Notes under the pieces: generated by a model
Database searches by the model: none
The model's input: the letters and a program-made list of their open reading frames with translations, nothing else
What the model was told of the DNA's origin: nothing
Shown here: in pieces, positions 39,511 to 51,295 of the stretch
How the letters are laid out: each line of letters opens with the position of its first letter
How positions within the stretch are numbered: position 1 is the stretch's first letter
Program-made: the position numbers and the translations under genes
NCBI GenBank assembly: GCA_032718475.1
Contig: JAUCBJ010001094.1
Span: forward strand, 1 to 53,144
Origin: Nemertoderma westbladi
Taxonomy: Eukaryota > Animalia > Xenacoelomorpha
DNA: 53,144 nucleotides
Reading direction: 5' to 3'

Positions 39511-41553
39511 TGATCTATCTTCGCCGAAATCTAAATCAGTCGTCGAGAATATAAACCAGTCGCCGACATCTACATATTTTTGAAGCCCTCATATTTAACT
39601 CTCAAGAAAAAAGTAAAAGACACTATTATTGGTAGGATTGTAAAACCGACAAATACGGACTATCATTCGATAATAAAAAGTAAGTGGAAAACACCGCTTT
39701 TTTACACTTATTTTCACGAGTTGACAAGATTAACTATACTCAGTGGGTTCTATGCAGAAAAATCAAAATCCTTTGTAACAATGTTCTGGAAAATTAGTGA
39801 CAAGTCTTTTTATCTAATTTTGTGAACCGCACAAAAGGAACAGTTGGAGGAGTTACTAACTAACACACTTTCTTAGAAATATTTAAATAGTTCTTGCTAG
39901 TCAAATACCCAACGTGTATTGATTGGTTGTTCTCATTGTGATTTCACCTTCGGTTTATCAATTATTTGCTAGAAGTACTACAATCTACGGGACAACATAA
40001 GATTTACCAAAATATAGTTGCAAAGCTAGTTTGCGACAGCTCAGCTACATGAACCAACTGTCTGTTAACGACATGAATACAACACAATGCTCCTATATAA
40101 TAGATTATCCTTTAGTTCAAAGTAAAAGAACCCTTATTTTCGAGAAACAATTATTACCTGCCGTCCGTTGCAGGATTCACCAAATAGCGAATAATAATTT
40201 ATTTTTCCCAAAATAAACAGATTCCCCATTAACAACTTCGAGGTAAATCACTTAATCGTAACGTAAAAATCAAAACACGTCAAAGCACACGAAGTCGCTG
40301 CATATAACAGAGAAGTGCATCTCTGCTTGGACTATCTCCCCCCCCCCAGCTCTCTAATATAAGTGCATTAAGATTCGTGTTAGCTATCAACTACAATGCA
40401 ATTGTGTCGCAAGCCACTTTCAAAGTTAATCACCTGTTGTACAAAGCCAATATCTTCAATTAAAGGTTAGAAGAAAGACAATTAATAGGGTAGCGAAGCA
40501 TTAATGCCATGAATTTTCAGTTACCGTGTGCTCTTCCTGCAACAACACAATCCCACAGGAAAGCTGTACAGCGCGCACATGACAAATTGATGACAACCTC
40601 AAACTAGAAGGCCTTGTGTTGGTTAAAACACGTACAAAACCACATCCTGCACTTGTCAAAACGATTGCATGGCCTTGTCATCACAGCCTCATTACACTTA
40701 CTTGAATAAAATGGACACGCGCTCTTGCTAGCAGTTAGTAGGCGTACTCTAGAGCCAAAGACGCCGACCAAATATCCTGGATACGACTACAAACAGGCAT
40801 TGAATAGTTAGGGGAAGAAGCCATCCTACGTAACGAAAGGAAGTATGTAATAATTTTGGGGTCGAGTTGTTGAGATTTTGAACAGGATGGGTTGGTACGT
40901 GCTTGGGCCGTCCTCCTAACTACATCCGATGTCCATCCTGTAGCTCCATCGCTAACAACCATTCGTTTCCTGTTAGTTTCGATACGCAGTTTAACTAATA
41001 AATATTAGTGCAATCAGTGGCCGCACAGGTAGAACAACGACCTGCAGACATGCTTCCACTACCGGTTGCCTAAATATTATAAATAATGAACTACAGGCGA
41101 AAAGAGCGCAGTTAATTAGGAAGTTTTGCAGAAGAATAACGATGCACTGTCAAATTATAAAGTATTGCAGTAAAAATGACTGTGGATCATCTGTATTATA
41201 TAAACTCTGTACAGGATGTGAGTTCGGATATAAAAAAGCTCCCCCCCCCCTAGGATAATTGACTAAAAGCAAGCTGTTTTGAAAACACGCATCATCTTTC
41301 CTCCAAACGGCATTTTTCCCCTTCTTAGCAAAATTATATCAATTATCATTTTCTACAGTTGCATTATCAGCTTAACTCCAATTTATTTCATGTTTACATT
41401 TTCGAATTACCTCACTCCAATACGAATAAATTAATTTGTAATATTACAATACACAATAACCCTTTATTCTCGGATTTTAAAACGACGAGTACTGTATTCT
41501 TGCTAGTTTGGAAAATGGTTGGGCATATAATCTCATTGTGTTTATCCTAATTT

Positions 41554-41820
41554 AGTGGAGTGTCTTAGATAAAAAATATCGTTATAAAAAAATATTACAA
41601 AAAGTGTTAATGCATCATATTTTTGGGTAATCCCACCACCATTTTCTTACAATGTAAAATCTATGATGCTAAGGGAAGAAACATTAAATAGAATGAGTTA
41701 ATTAATATGGTTCGGTTTCTTTGGGATTTTTGTAAACTATTATATCCAAAGGTATTCCAGAAAAAAATGTTGGCGCTTTTGTCACAATTTCACCTTCTTA
41801 TGTCGCTAAATTACTCCACT
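41554..41820. mobile_element. Possible small degenerate MITE
   Basis: AGTGGAGTgtcTTAG at left versus reverse complement AGTGGAGTaatTTAG at right (12/15). No TSD established. Confidence 0.3.
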
Positions 41821-43149
41821 CCACTGTAATATATATGATGATATATGATATATTACATATTTCTTATAATTCGCGACACTGACTATTAAGTTTTGAGGAA
41901 AATTTATAACATTTCTTAGGCTGTACAGATTATATACTTAGCGTGGGAAATTCTAGGATTAATACAAACAAATCGCAGCTCATTTAGAAATAATTAAAAT
42001 CTGGGAGGATAACTGCATGTTGGTCAGGTTGCCCCCCGCCTGCGCCCTATTACCGGTGTCTGCTGGATACAATCTCAGGTTGAGGAAGGCGTAACTTACC
42101 TGCCATTAGCTAAACTATACAATGCATTCCAGCCCATCGAATAACAGCAGTGCACATCCAAGGTGCAGCGGCAGGTTCTCCGAGCGCATAAAGGCCCGCA
42201 ACGCGCCACGCTGGCAATTAATTACTGTAATCCATTGTGCGCCAGGGGGGGGAGGAGTCAGTGACAGTTGGACCGAGTCGGTATGGGGTCAGGAGGTAAA
42301 CTATGGACCTACTTCGTGGTCCCCTGTCGCGCGGCCATTTCCTAACAGCAATTAGATACATCCCCTCGCCTATCCAGTTCAGTCAGTCAGTGGAGAACCG
42401 CCCAAATCCAGCCTACTACCCCATCCTTCCGGTACGTCAAAATATTATTAAAAGCTCAGTAAGATTTATTATTTAGGAGATTTTAACTCAAGCAATGTTC
42501 TTCACATGATTCTAACAAGAGGTAATTCACGAAGTTGATCAAGCAATTATTGTGGATTTCCAACAGTCTCGATAAGAGTCGGCTGGTTGTCACTGACCTG
42601 AAAAACCTCGAAAAGTCAAACGAAGTATTTTCATTTTTTCTTGAAATGTCAGGGAATTCATGTAAAAAATGGACAAACTAGGGAATTAAAAATATATAAT
42701 ATATGTGTGATAAGTGAATATGTATAAAATCTGATCGTTTCGCTCTTCATTTATTTACCCTGATCACAAAATGATCTCAGATTCAACAAACAGGTTGTAA
42801 ATCAATAGGTGCACCCTCTTTGCTCCTTTATCATCCATTAGACTATTGTCGTGGTATACACATATCTTGATATTAAGTACCGGTATATATTATTAGCTAT
42901 ACAATTACTAATACTATTAATTATATATTTATGTAACGTCGAATGCAGATATTGGGGAGGGGGTTGCTTTCGACGAAAACAAAATTGCAAAATCTCCAGG
43001 TGAAAATCGACGCAAATAACAGCTGATAACTGTCCCTGGTAACCTGTTATAATGACTTTATTTTTTGTTAGAATAACGTGCCCGTCAACTGCCCCTATCC
43101 CTAAATTTATAATAGGCATTGACTAGAGATATTAATCCTATTAATTATA

Positions 43150-44032
43150 TATACACCCCCTACTGGCACAAGAAGTAGAGGAAATCCAGACTCTGCTGAT
43201 GACTTATGGGTACTGTCAGAATCACTTGAGGGAGGCCAACGGCTCCTCTGCTCATTGGTGCAGATTGCTTCTAGTGTTGGTCTTTTTGTAAATTCCAAGA
43301 AGACAAAAATTATGACAGTGAGACTTGACAGCCCTCAAGAAATGTTTGATCGTAAGGGTATAAGCTCTAAGGATGGCTTGCTTGAGCACGTGGATGACTT
43401 CTGCTACTTGGGATGATGGATCAGAAAGCCAGGTGAATACCTTCGGATACGTAAGGGGATGGTATGGGTAGCGTTAAATAGTCTGCCCAGGCTTTGGAAG
43501 TCCCATAGAATTCATCGGAAACTTTAGGTCCGATTATTTAGAGCAGCAGTAGTTCCAGTACTCCTCTATGGGAGTCCATGCTGGGCTCTAACTGCTGAGG
43601 ACACCAAATCTTTGGATGGCACATTCACAAGAATGCTACGCCGGGTAATTGTGTCAAGTACAATGAACACATCAGACTCTATACAACATTGGAGGTGTTC
43701 CATTATTCCTTTATTTGTTACATAGTATCCTCTATCTTGACACTTGAACGGAACCGCCTTCGCTTTACAGGACATTGCTTTCGCCGTGAGGAACAGCCAG
43801 TGCATAATCTTGTGCTTTGGTGGCCTGATGAAGCGAATAAGCATGGTGGACAGTCCATGACTTTCTTGAGACGCATCTTAAAGGACACTGGCCTTGAAAA
43901 TGCGGATGATCTAGCAAATGTCATGGGTGATAGGTGTTGTGGAGGCGCAATTTTGTCGATAAGCCGGCACAGCATTCTTAATATATATGTAATATATATA
44001 TATATAATGCAGCATGCCGATCGTAGTAGTAG
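43150..44032 (+). pseudogene. Decayed 5'-truncated copy of the RTE family at 1..1890
   Basis: Collinear with ~995-1875, including the near-identical GTCCGATTATTTAGAGCAGCAGTAGTTCCAGTACTCCTC. Has stops, indels, a deletion before the FADD codons, and ends GCAGCATGCCGATCGTAGTAGTAG. Confidence 0.92.
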
Positions 44033-45040
44033 AGATATTAATTCGCCAATATGGGATGCGCGTCCAGCCCCCCACACCCCCCCCCCCCCCCTCCGTCTCC
44101 ATGAATTAAATTAAAACGATGATCGATATAATATAATATATCTATATAAATATAGAATACCTAAAAAGTCGGGAATTTGTCAAAGGTCGGGTGAAATTGG
44201 AACTAAAAGGGTGGGCAACCTGAGGCAGGCATCATATTCACATGTCATCGTGTGTCATGCGTGAGCAGCGGCCTTTCATCAACCTACATTATGGTAGACA
44301 AGAAACGGATAGGTGCGGCGTCCGTGATCGCTACCTACACACAATGGAAAGGTGTTCGAATAAAGATGTAACCCCAGTAGGGGATCCGTGACAGATGTAA
44401 AGAACCGGTGTATTTATTAATTAAACCAGACTGAAGTGTGAAGCCTCTCTGAAAATAGGTTTGTTTAAAGGACCTCTACCTACACTCTTTAATTAGAACG
44501 ACACGCACGTAACATTTTATTAATGAGTTGGCCTGCATTTCTACCTGGAAGAAATTTAGAACTAATCTATATTCACTGACATTGTGACAGACGTCAGAAA
44601 GTGGATCCCGCGCTCCGAGATGAGAACTGATGAAATCAATGTTATGAGAGTTACAGGTAGTTTATGAGTAGAAAGTGTTGCGGTGGGCCAGCCTGCAGGG
44701 TGGATGAAGGACCGTCTCGTGAGAGTTTAATTACACTTGCAACTCAACTATTGGCGATAAGTTCAAACTAAAGTTTAGCAGTTTCTTTAATGGGTGGGTA
44801 GGTTGTGTGTGTTTATTTGTCTTGTTTTTATATGTTTTGTCACTCAATATCGCACAGACATAGACAGGACAAGATTACGCGGAAATTTTTCTCTTAACCG
44901 TTCGAGCTCTCGCCTCGTGAGATACACCATGCGGCCTTCAAAGCGAAACGACATTAGGAAAATTAAAATAAAGATAAATTTTCGCTGAAATTGAGCCCGG
45001 GCCATTTCATTTTATACTCAAACGGCAAAAAAAGCAAACA

Positions 45041-45274
45041 GTCGGCCGAAGCCAGAGGCGACCCGTAGGCTTCCCTTTCGTTAGCATGCTACCCGAAGAT
45101 AGGGGTTGGCGCTGCTACTCCTACCCCTAGTTCTGCTCCCAATTACCAGTAATTTTTAACTGGTACTCATCTTATCGACCCCAGTAGATGAAAGGCTGAG
45201 TGGACCCTGGCGGGCTGAACCCGCAACCAATAGATTGCAGGCCCGGCGCTCCACCAACTGAGCTACCCGCCGCC
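45041..45274 (-). mobile_element. tRNA-derived SINE, same family as 29736..31560, unexpanded
   Basis: Minus strand reads GGCGGCGGGTAGCTCAGTTGGTGGAGCGCCGGG...CTCAGCCTTTCATC..GGGGTCGATAAGATGAGTACCAG...TAGGAGTAGCAGCGCCAACCCCTATCTTCGGGTAGCA. 3' end approximate. Confidence 0.85.
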
Positions 45275-45374
45275 TTCTTTTTGGTCTTTATACACAAAAA
45301 AGTCTAAAAAGTGCAGTTTTGGGGGGCCTTTCGCTCCAAAATGGCCCCAAGCATTTTTAGCCAAATTTTAAATA

Positions 45375-46036
45375 CCGTATTTACTCGAATTAACGCCCCC
45401 ATTACCATCAAATTAGAAACTTAAACGCCTTCCCCGAATAAACACCCCGGCGTTTAATAATATTACAATGCGGGGCGCTAACATTGCTGAGAGTTAACTG
45501 ATTGAGACAGAAGGTAAATGTAGTACGGTGTTGTACCGCTGTAATAGGCTGCTTTGTAATAAAGTTCATCCTGTTTTTATTATAATTAGGGGGCGTTCAT
45601 AAAGCGTCACGCAAATTTTTCAGTTTTTTGACCCCCCCCCCCCCCCCCCTGTCACAAAGTGTCACGCAAGCTCGACCCCTCCCCTCGACCGGGATTAAAT
45701 TCAATGTTATTGAGTTTATTGTTTTATCCTTAAAGTTTCCCACTCATCTATACAAATGTGTTAGTCAAAGTCAAGCTAACATTAAAGCATACCGTAGAGC
45801 ATCGCCGTGACCGTCACAAAAGTCAACCCCCCTGTCACAAAATGTGACGCAAGTTCGACCCCCCCCCCCCCCCCCCCCCCCAGTGCGTGACATACTTTAT
45901 GAACGCCCCCTTATCTCATTTGTTTAACTTGTTTTCTTGAATTTAACAACATTCTTTATTCCCCCTCGTATAAACGCCTCACCAATTGCCAGTTTCTAAA
46001 CTCAAACGCCCGAGGCTCTTATTCGAAGAAATACGG
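45375..46036. mobile_element. Tc1/mariner-superfamily (pogo/Tigger-like) MITE
   Basis: TA|CCGTATTTACTCGAATTA ... TTATTCGAAGAAATACGG|TA, imperfect TIRs with TA on both sides. Confidence 0.75.
45589..45910. mobile_element. PIF/Harbinger (Tourist-like) MITE nested in the previous MITE
   Basis: Perfect 16-bp TIR GGGGGCGTTCATAAAG, TTA target duplication (45586-88, 45911-13), and two internal direct repeats CCCCTGTCACAAA..ACGCAAG.TCGACCCC. Confidence 0.9.
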
Positions 46037-46728
46037 TATGTAATTTTGAATCTCTGTTCCAAATTTCAACTGATTTCATCTTGAACTTTTCGAGAAAAAC
46101 AAACGTTTTCATGAAAAAAATACCTTCTGAAATAAGGTTTAATTGGCACCATTTTCGTTAGCAAAAGTTATATACAATTGTTCTCAAGTTATATAAAAAT
46201 TATTAAAAGTTATATAACTCATATTTGGAATCCTTACACGGTCAGCTTTCCATCGGCACCAACAAATCACTATAAGGGTGAAGAATAACTGCGGTGTAAC
46301 TGGTGTAAAATCGACTAGGTACCAGAATAACGACACTAAATTCCAGGACATGGTGTACATTTTAATAGTGATAGATTTTTTGTTTAATTACAAAAAACTA
46401 TTAATAGTTTATTTATTTATTATAATTTCTCTAACGAAAACAAAAAAAAACATATTCAAAAACCAAAAACCGATTGTGACTTTATTTAAACTAATACAAA
46501 TCCACCAAAATTTTGAATCAACACACTATAAATTAATAAAGATATACAAAATAATTTGAATAGCACAGAAAGATGCGAACCAATCTCTCTCAATCTCTAC
46601 ATAATTAATCTAACTAAACGTTGGTATAGGTTGAACATTGTGTCTCTAATTGTGCCTCAGATCACCTACATGCAATAACTTTAACTACATGATCTCCATT
46701 GATCGTGATCTACATGATCTCCAAGGAT

Positions 46729-46906
46729 CTAACTCGATTTAATAAACTCCAACGCGGTCGATCTCTCCTCCAACAACTCCTTGGCGCTAATGTCCATCTT
46801 ATTACGGGCGAAGTCGTCGATAGCCAATCCGGCGACGGCCTTCCAGACCCCGTCCGAACTAATCTCTACCGGAACCGAGTAAATCAAACCTTCCGGGATT
46901 TCGTAT
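46729..46906 (-). CDS. MDH1: Cytosolic malate dehydrogenase, last exon
   Basis: After cttacAG it reads (T)YEIPEGLIYSVPVEISSDGVWKAVAGLAIDDFARNKMDISAKELLEERSTALEFIKSS*, the MDH1 C-terminus. Phase 2 fits the upstream exon. Confidence 0.92.
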
Positions 46907-47073
46907 CTGTAAGACAAATCGGAAATGAAATCATCGACCACCATAAATATAATTTTCGCTCGGTGGTGTTCTTTCTTGGCGTCAGAAATAATTAACCAAC
47001 CAGAACACAGTTTTTCCTCAATGTGCCGTCACCTTGTTAACCCCGGAATAAAATATGATATATTGTAACTAAC

Positions 47074-47242
47074 GTGTTTCCATCCGAGATGACCGCCATA
47101 CTGACGAACTGACCGGCCGCTACGCCGGACCACCAGTTACGCATGTGGTCGCAGATCGCCTTGGCAGCGGACATCGCGCTGCTCATCTTGCGAGCTTTAA
47201 TAACGTTGGCGCCCCGTTGCTGGATAATGGTGACGAATTCAT
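47074..47242 (-). CDS. MDH1: Cytosolic malate dehydrogenase, penultimate exon (earlier exons outside window)
   Basis: [37 protein letters not shown]...[12 protein letters not shown] matches the MDH1 [20 protein letters not shown] motif. Acceptor tttttAG at 47243, donor GTTAGT at 47073. Confidence 0.93.
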
Positions 47243-47974
47243 CTAAAAACAAAGGAGATGTAACGCGATTAGTTACGTACGTTGCGATGGTAACGCTCCA
47301 ATAGTACGTATCTCAAAACATGGGAAAATAAAACTCTAACTAAAGACATATTTTCTAAAAAAACTAAATACAATTAATATACAGAGCTAAATATAAAAAA
47401 AATAAATAAAATAACCATTTATTTTATTTTTAAATTGTTACCTTCCCGCTCGAAAATACCCCAAAATCGGGAGAAATTTTTTTCATACGGAAAAAAAGTA
47501 ACTTTACTTCTTTCCCGGGGAAAAAAGTAAAATAGAATAATTTTGGTGGAATTTCTTAAATTTTATTACATATGTTGAAAAAGCATCGAAATCCATTCAC
47601 ACACTCAATAGTTATTGCTACTTTAATGTCTGTGCGGCGTACTCCAAGACGGAACTCAATATCCAATATTGGTCTATGTTGTTAAGCGGCTGTCTAGTTA
47701 CGTAATAAATATTCGAGAACATTAAATTATTTAACGTGAGTAAAGCAGCATTGGGAGTTGAAGAGTACAATAATATGAATCGCAGTAACTACTGAAGAAT
47801 TGTTGTAAAATGCTAGATAGATAAGATAGATAAGTAGCGCCTGGAGCGCTGTATATTTTCCATGTTCCTAATTAAATACATCATAATAAATTTCGTAATA
47901 TCTACATTATACACAATATCAATCAATGCAAACAATATACCAGTAATTGAATAGTTAGTTTTAACTTTTTTGAA

Positions 47975-48183
47975 ACTGAAAATAATTACCATTAGGCTCA
48001 AATTGAAAATATTTACCATTCGGCTCAAATTGAAAAATATTTACCATCCGGCTCAAATTGAAAATATGAAAATAATTACCATTAGGCTCAAATTGAAAAT
48101 ATTTACCATTTGGCTCAAATTGAAAAATATTTACCATCTGGCTCAAATTGAAAATATTTACTATTTACTATTAGGCTCAAAAC
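47975..48183. repeat. ~27-bp minisatellite, ~7 copies (GGCTCAAATTGAAAATATTTACCATT-like), abutting the LINE 3' end
   Basis: GGCTCAAA recurs about 7 times with 27-35 bp spacing. Confidence 0.85.
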
Positions 48184-48187
48184 CATT

Positions 48188-51100
48188 TTATTTAAGTTCT
48201 TCCAGTACGTTTAAAACGTACTCACAAATCGCACTGCCACTGCAGCTTACAAGGCTTTTATAGTCGCTAAAGTCTAGAGTGTTAAATTTAGTACGTAGAT
48301 CAGCAGTGAGGGGGCAGGTTAACAGAACGTGTAATTCATCTTGGACAGATGAGCTATCACAGGGGCAAGTTCTATCCGAACGAGGAGTTCTCGTCCAACG
48401 GCCGGTTTCAACGCGGAGTCTGTGACTCATCAGACGGATGCGGGTAAAGGCAACCCGTTGGTAATCTGGTATATAAGGTTTCGTAGCGGTGTAAATCGGG
48501 TGGATAGAAAACTCAGGGTTTAGAGTAGCTCGGTACGTAAAAAATTTTGTGGCCGATTCTGGTCTGTTCAAAACCCTTAACTTCAAACTATCCAGTGAAG
48601 GAGAGTGCGTTGAAGCTTTGAGTAAGAGATTGTAACCAGGACTTTTAGCAGATTTACACAGTTCAAATGCTTGTCGGACTGGGGTATCCGGGTGGCTTTT
48701 TTGGACTTTAGCATAAAAATGTTTTCTAGCTTCGAGTATGCGTTCTAGAATAGGGAGCATACCTAATTCAATCATACAAATATCGTTTGGGGTTTGTTCT
48801 CGGACATGTGCTAGCGACTTAACCATACGCATATAAAACCTCTCTACCATTTTAAAATCGTTGGTGAGCCAACTTTCGGATGCATATAATAGACCAGATA
48901 GAATAGCTGATTCTAGTACCCGTTTCTTAAATATGAATGGCATAGATGAGTGAACTGCACAAAAAATATTAAACTTGTTTGCCGTTTCTTCAAACTTGTG
49001 TTCTAGAATTTTAAAGGTGGACGATATTTTTCCATCCTCTGTAAAATATGAACCTAAATAGTTGTAGTTTGTACAATGCTTAAATACAGTATTGTGTGAG
49101 ATAATAGGCATACGGTCAGTCTTACTTCCGTTCACTACGAAAAAATTTGTTTTTTTCGTGTTAATTTGCATCCCAGAGAGATTACAAAACTCACACAACT
49201 TGTCACATTTTTTAAGTAAATTATCTCTTGAGGTAGCAAGCAATATAGTATCATCCATTAACAACATAATATGAATGGCTCCAATGAAACCGTCTGTCGT
49301 AATTGCACTTTTTACCATTCTCACTAACCGCTCAAGATACAAACAGAATAAGATACTACTTGTAGGGGCACCTTGACGGACACCAAGAGTCGTTACAATT
49401 ACTGCGGACTTCAAAATTGCACGAGTACATTTATATACTGCTTGGATAGCCAGTAACATTGTTCTACCACAGCCCAATGACTTTAAATAGCTTAGTAGGG
49501 ACTGTCTAGGTACACGGTCGTAGGCTTTGCTGAAATCCACGAACAGCACAAATAACTTTACTTTTTTGAAAATTGCAAGGTCTATTAGTAGACGTAACGT
49601 CATGATTTGCTCTAAGCACCCACGACCTGGCAACCCACCCGCTTGGCATTTATCCAAACAGCACCATTTTTTAAGGCGATTATTAAGCAATAAATCGTAC
49701 ATTTTGGCCAATGAGTCCATTATAGAGATGCCTCTATAATTCCCGCAACACATTCTGGATCCAGATTTTTTAAACAATACAACAAGTTTATTGCAGCCCC
49801 ATGCAACCGGATAACACGAAAACTTAAATATTACATTAAACACTGCCAAAAACATTAATAACCATTGCCCGGGAAGGGCCAAAAATAATCCTAGACTTAT
49901 TCCGATATAAGATTTCGCCGTTTTTACTTCACTCATCGCATCGGCGAGTTCTTCCTCCGAGAAGGGATCGTCTAAACTGGCAATGTACGGCGCGGAAGCA
50001 AAATCATCTGTGGAGCTCTGCGCTGAGTTTGTCGGTTCGCGGAAAAGGGTTTCGAAGTGGTTTTTGAACTCCATATCACTTGGTGATACTTGAGAGGGGT
50101 CGGCGGTTACATCATCTGATTTGTTACCTTCACAAAAATTCCCTTTCCAGTCTATGGCGGACCAGATTGTTTTCGGGTCATTGTCGTTTAATATTCGTTC
50201 CCAACGAGACATTTCTGCGAGTTTGTCGTACTCGTCAGGGTTAACCGGGGGTTTAGGGTGGCGGCGGCGGTTGGCTCTAGCGATATCACACATTAGTGTA
50301 GTCGATATATCAATAATTTCCTCTATCCGGTCGATACCAACGGGCCCATCAACCTGAGTTAGTGATGGTGGCGCTATGGTTTCCATGGTAGAGGAGAATG
50401 ATTCAAGGTTTGTGATTTTATGACTTGGTCCTTTGTTCACTAGATTATCACATTGATGATTCCATATGGTGCCCAAATCCGCGCTGCGCTGTATAAGATG
50501 CTGTATGTCGACCGATCTCTCGTTTAGTATTAACCTGACTTGTAATGGTGCATGGTCAGACATCCCGCGAGATTGGTCTACAGTAATAGACGAAACCATC
50601 CGTATAGTACTCGATGTTGTGATGCACTGGTCAATTTCAGACACCCAAGTTTTTCCCTTGCGGTAGGTAAAATCTCCACCCAGATGTTTAGCATCTATGT
50701 TTAAGAGATTTGCCACAATTGAGTTTGTGCTTTTACATATATTACGCAACTTTTTTCCATTCGAGTTTACTGTGTGATCAACAACCCCGACGTATTTAGC
50801 AAGTGAGTTACCCACTGCTACCGGTTCTAACTGTCCTATTCTGGCATTGAAGTCACCCACTGCAATAACATTAGGGCTGATAGATCATCGTAAAACATTG
50901 TGTAGATTTGAGAAAGCGACGGGATCGAAATATAAGGAGTCTGCGGGTGGGATATAACAGCCACCAATTACATAACCCGGTAGGGCCGCGAATTGCAACC
51001 AAATTTGTTCCACAAAATCACAATGAACTGACGATATATAACTAACAAGATCATATTTAACAAGCGCCAACACACCTCCACGATCGGCGTTTGCCGAAAG

Positions 51101-51295
51101 ATTCTGAATAATCTTAAACCCGGGAACTGAAATTATGCGACTAGTCTTTACTTCCTGCACAAATACTATATCAAAATTATGCAGAAATTTAAATGTTTTG
51201 GGATCGAGAAGCTTATCTTTGACACCATATAGATTCCAAGAGCAGATAGAAAGAGTATTAGTTCTAGGCAACAAACACTTCCAGGCGGCGCACCC
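48188..51295 (-). pseudogene. LINE ORF2 (AP endonuclease + RT + C-terminal Cys/His motif) with one in-frame TGA at 50887-50885
   Basis: APE motifs SWN, FVQE, CYIPP, GDFNAR, SEID, SDHAP. RT motifs NYRGISI, VDFSKAYD, GVRQG, LLMDDT, YLGS. C-terminal SHRLRVETGRW..CPC..DELHVLLTCP. The two track ORFs are in the same frame, 24 nt apart. Confidence 0.92.

Larger units (their letters stand above)
34915..39591. mobile_element. Tc1/mariner-like non-autonomous element with ~45-bp TIRs and TA flanks, filled with a 12-bp satellite
   Basis: Left: TA|TGAGG..TTCAAAAATATGTAAATGTCGGCGACTGGATTATATT. Reverse complement of right end: TA|TGAGGGCTTCAAAAATATGTAGATGTCGGCGACTGGTTTATATT. TA at 34913-14 and 39592-93. 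Confidence 0.85.

Noticed and set aside
40200-41100. E-box motifs as a snail enhancer
   Set aside because: A few 6-mers at roughly chance frequency, with no independent support.
42094-42110. ACTTACCTG as the U1 snRNA 5' end
   Set aside because: Downstream sequence does not follow U1. It is better read as a minus-strand splice donor.
42580-44222. hAT-like MITE ends (CTGGTTGTCAC..GAAAAGTCA / GGGCAACCTG) enclosing the decayed RTE
   Set aside because: TIRs are degenerate, the left end is ambiguous (alternative at ~42025), and there is no 8-bp TSD.
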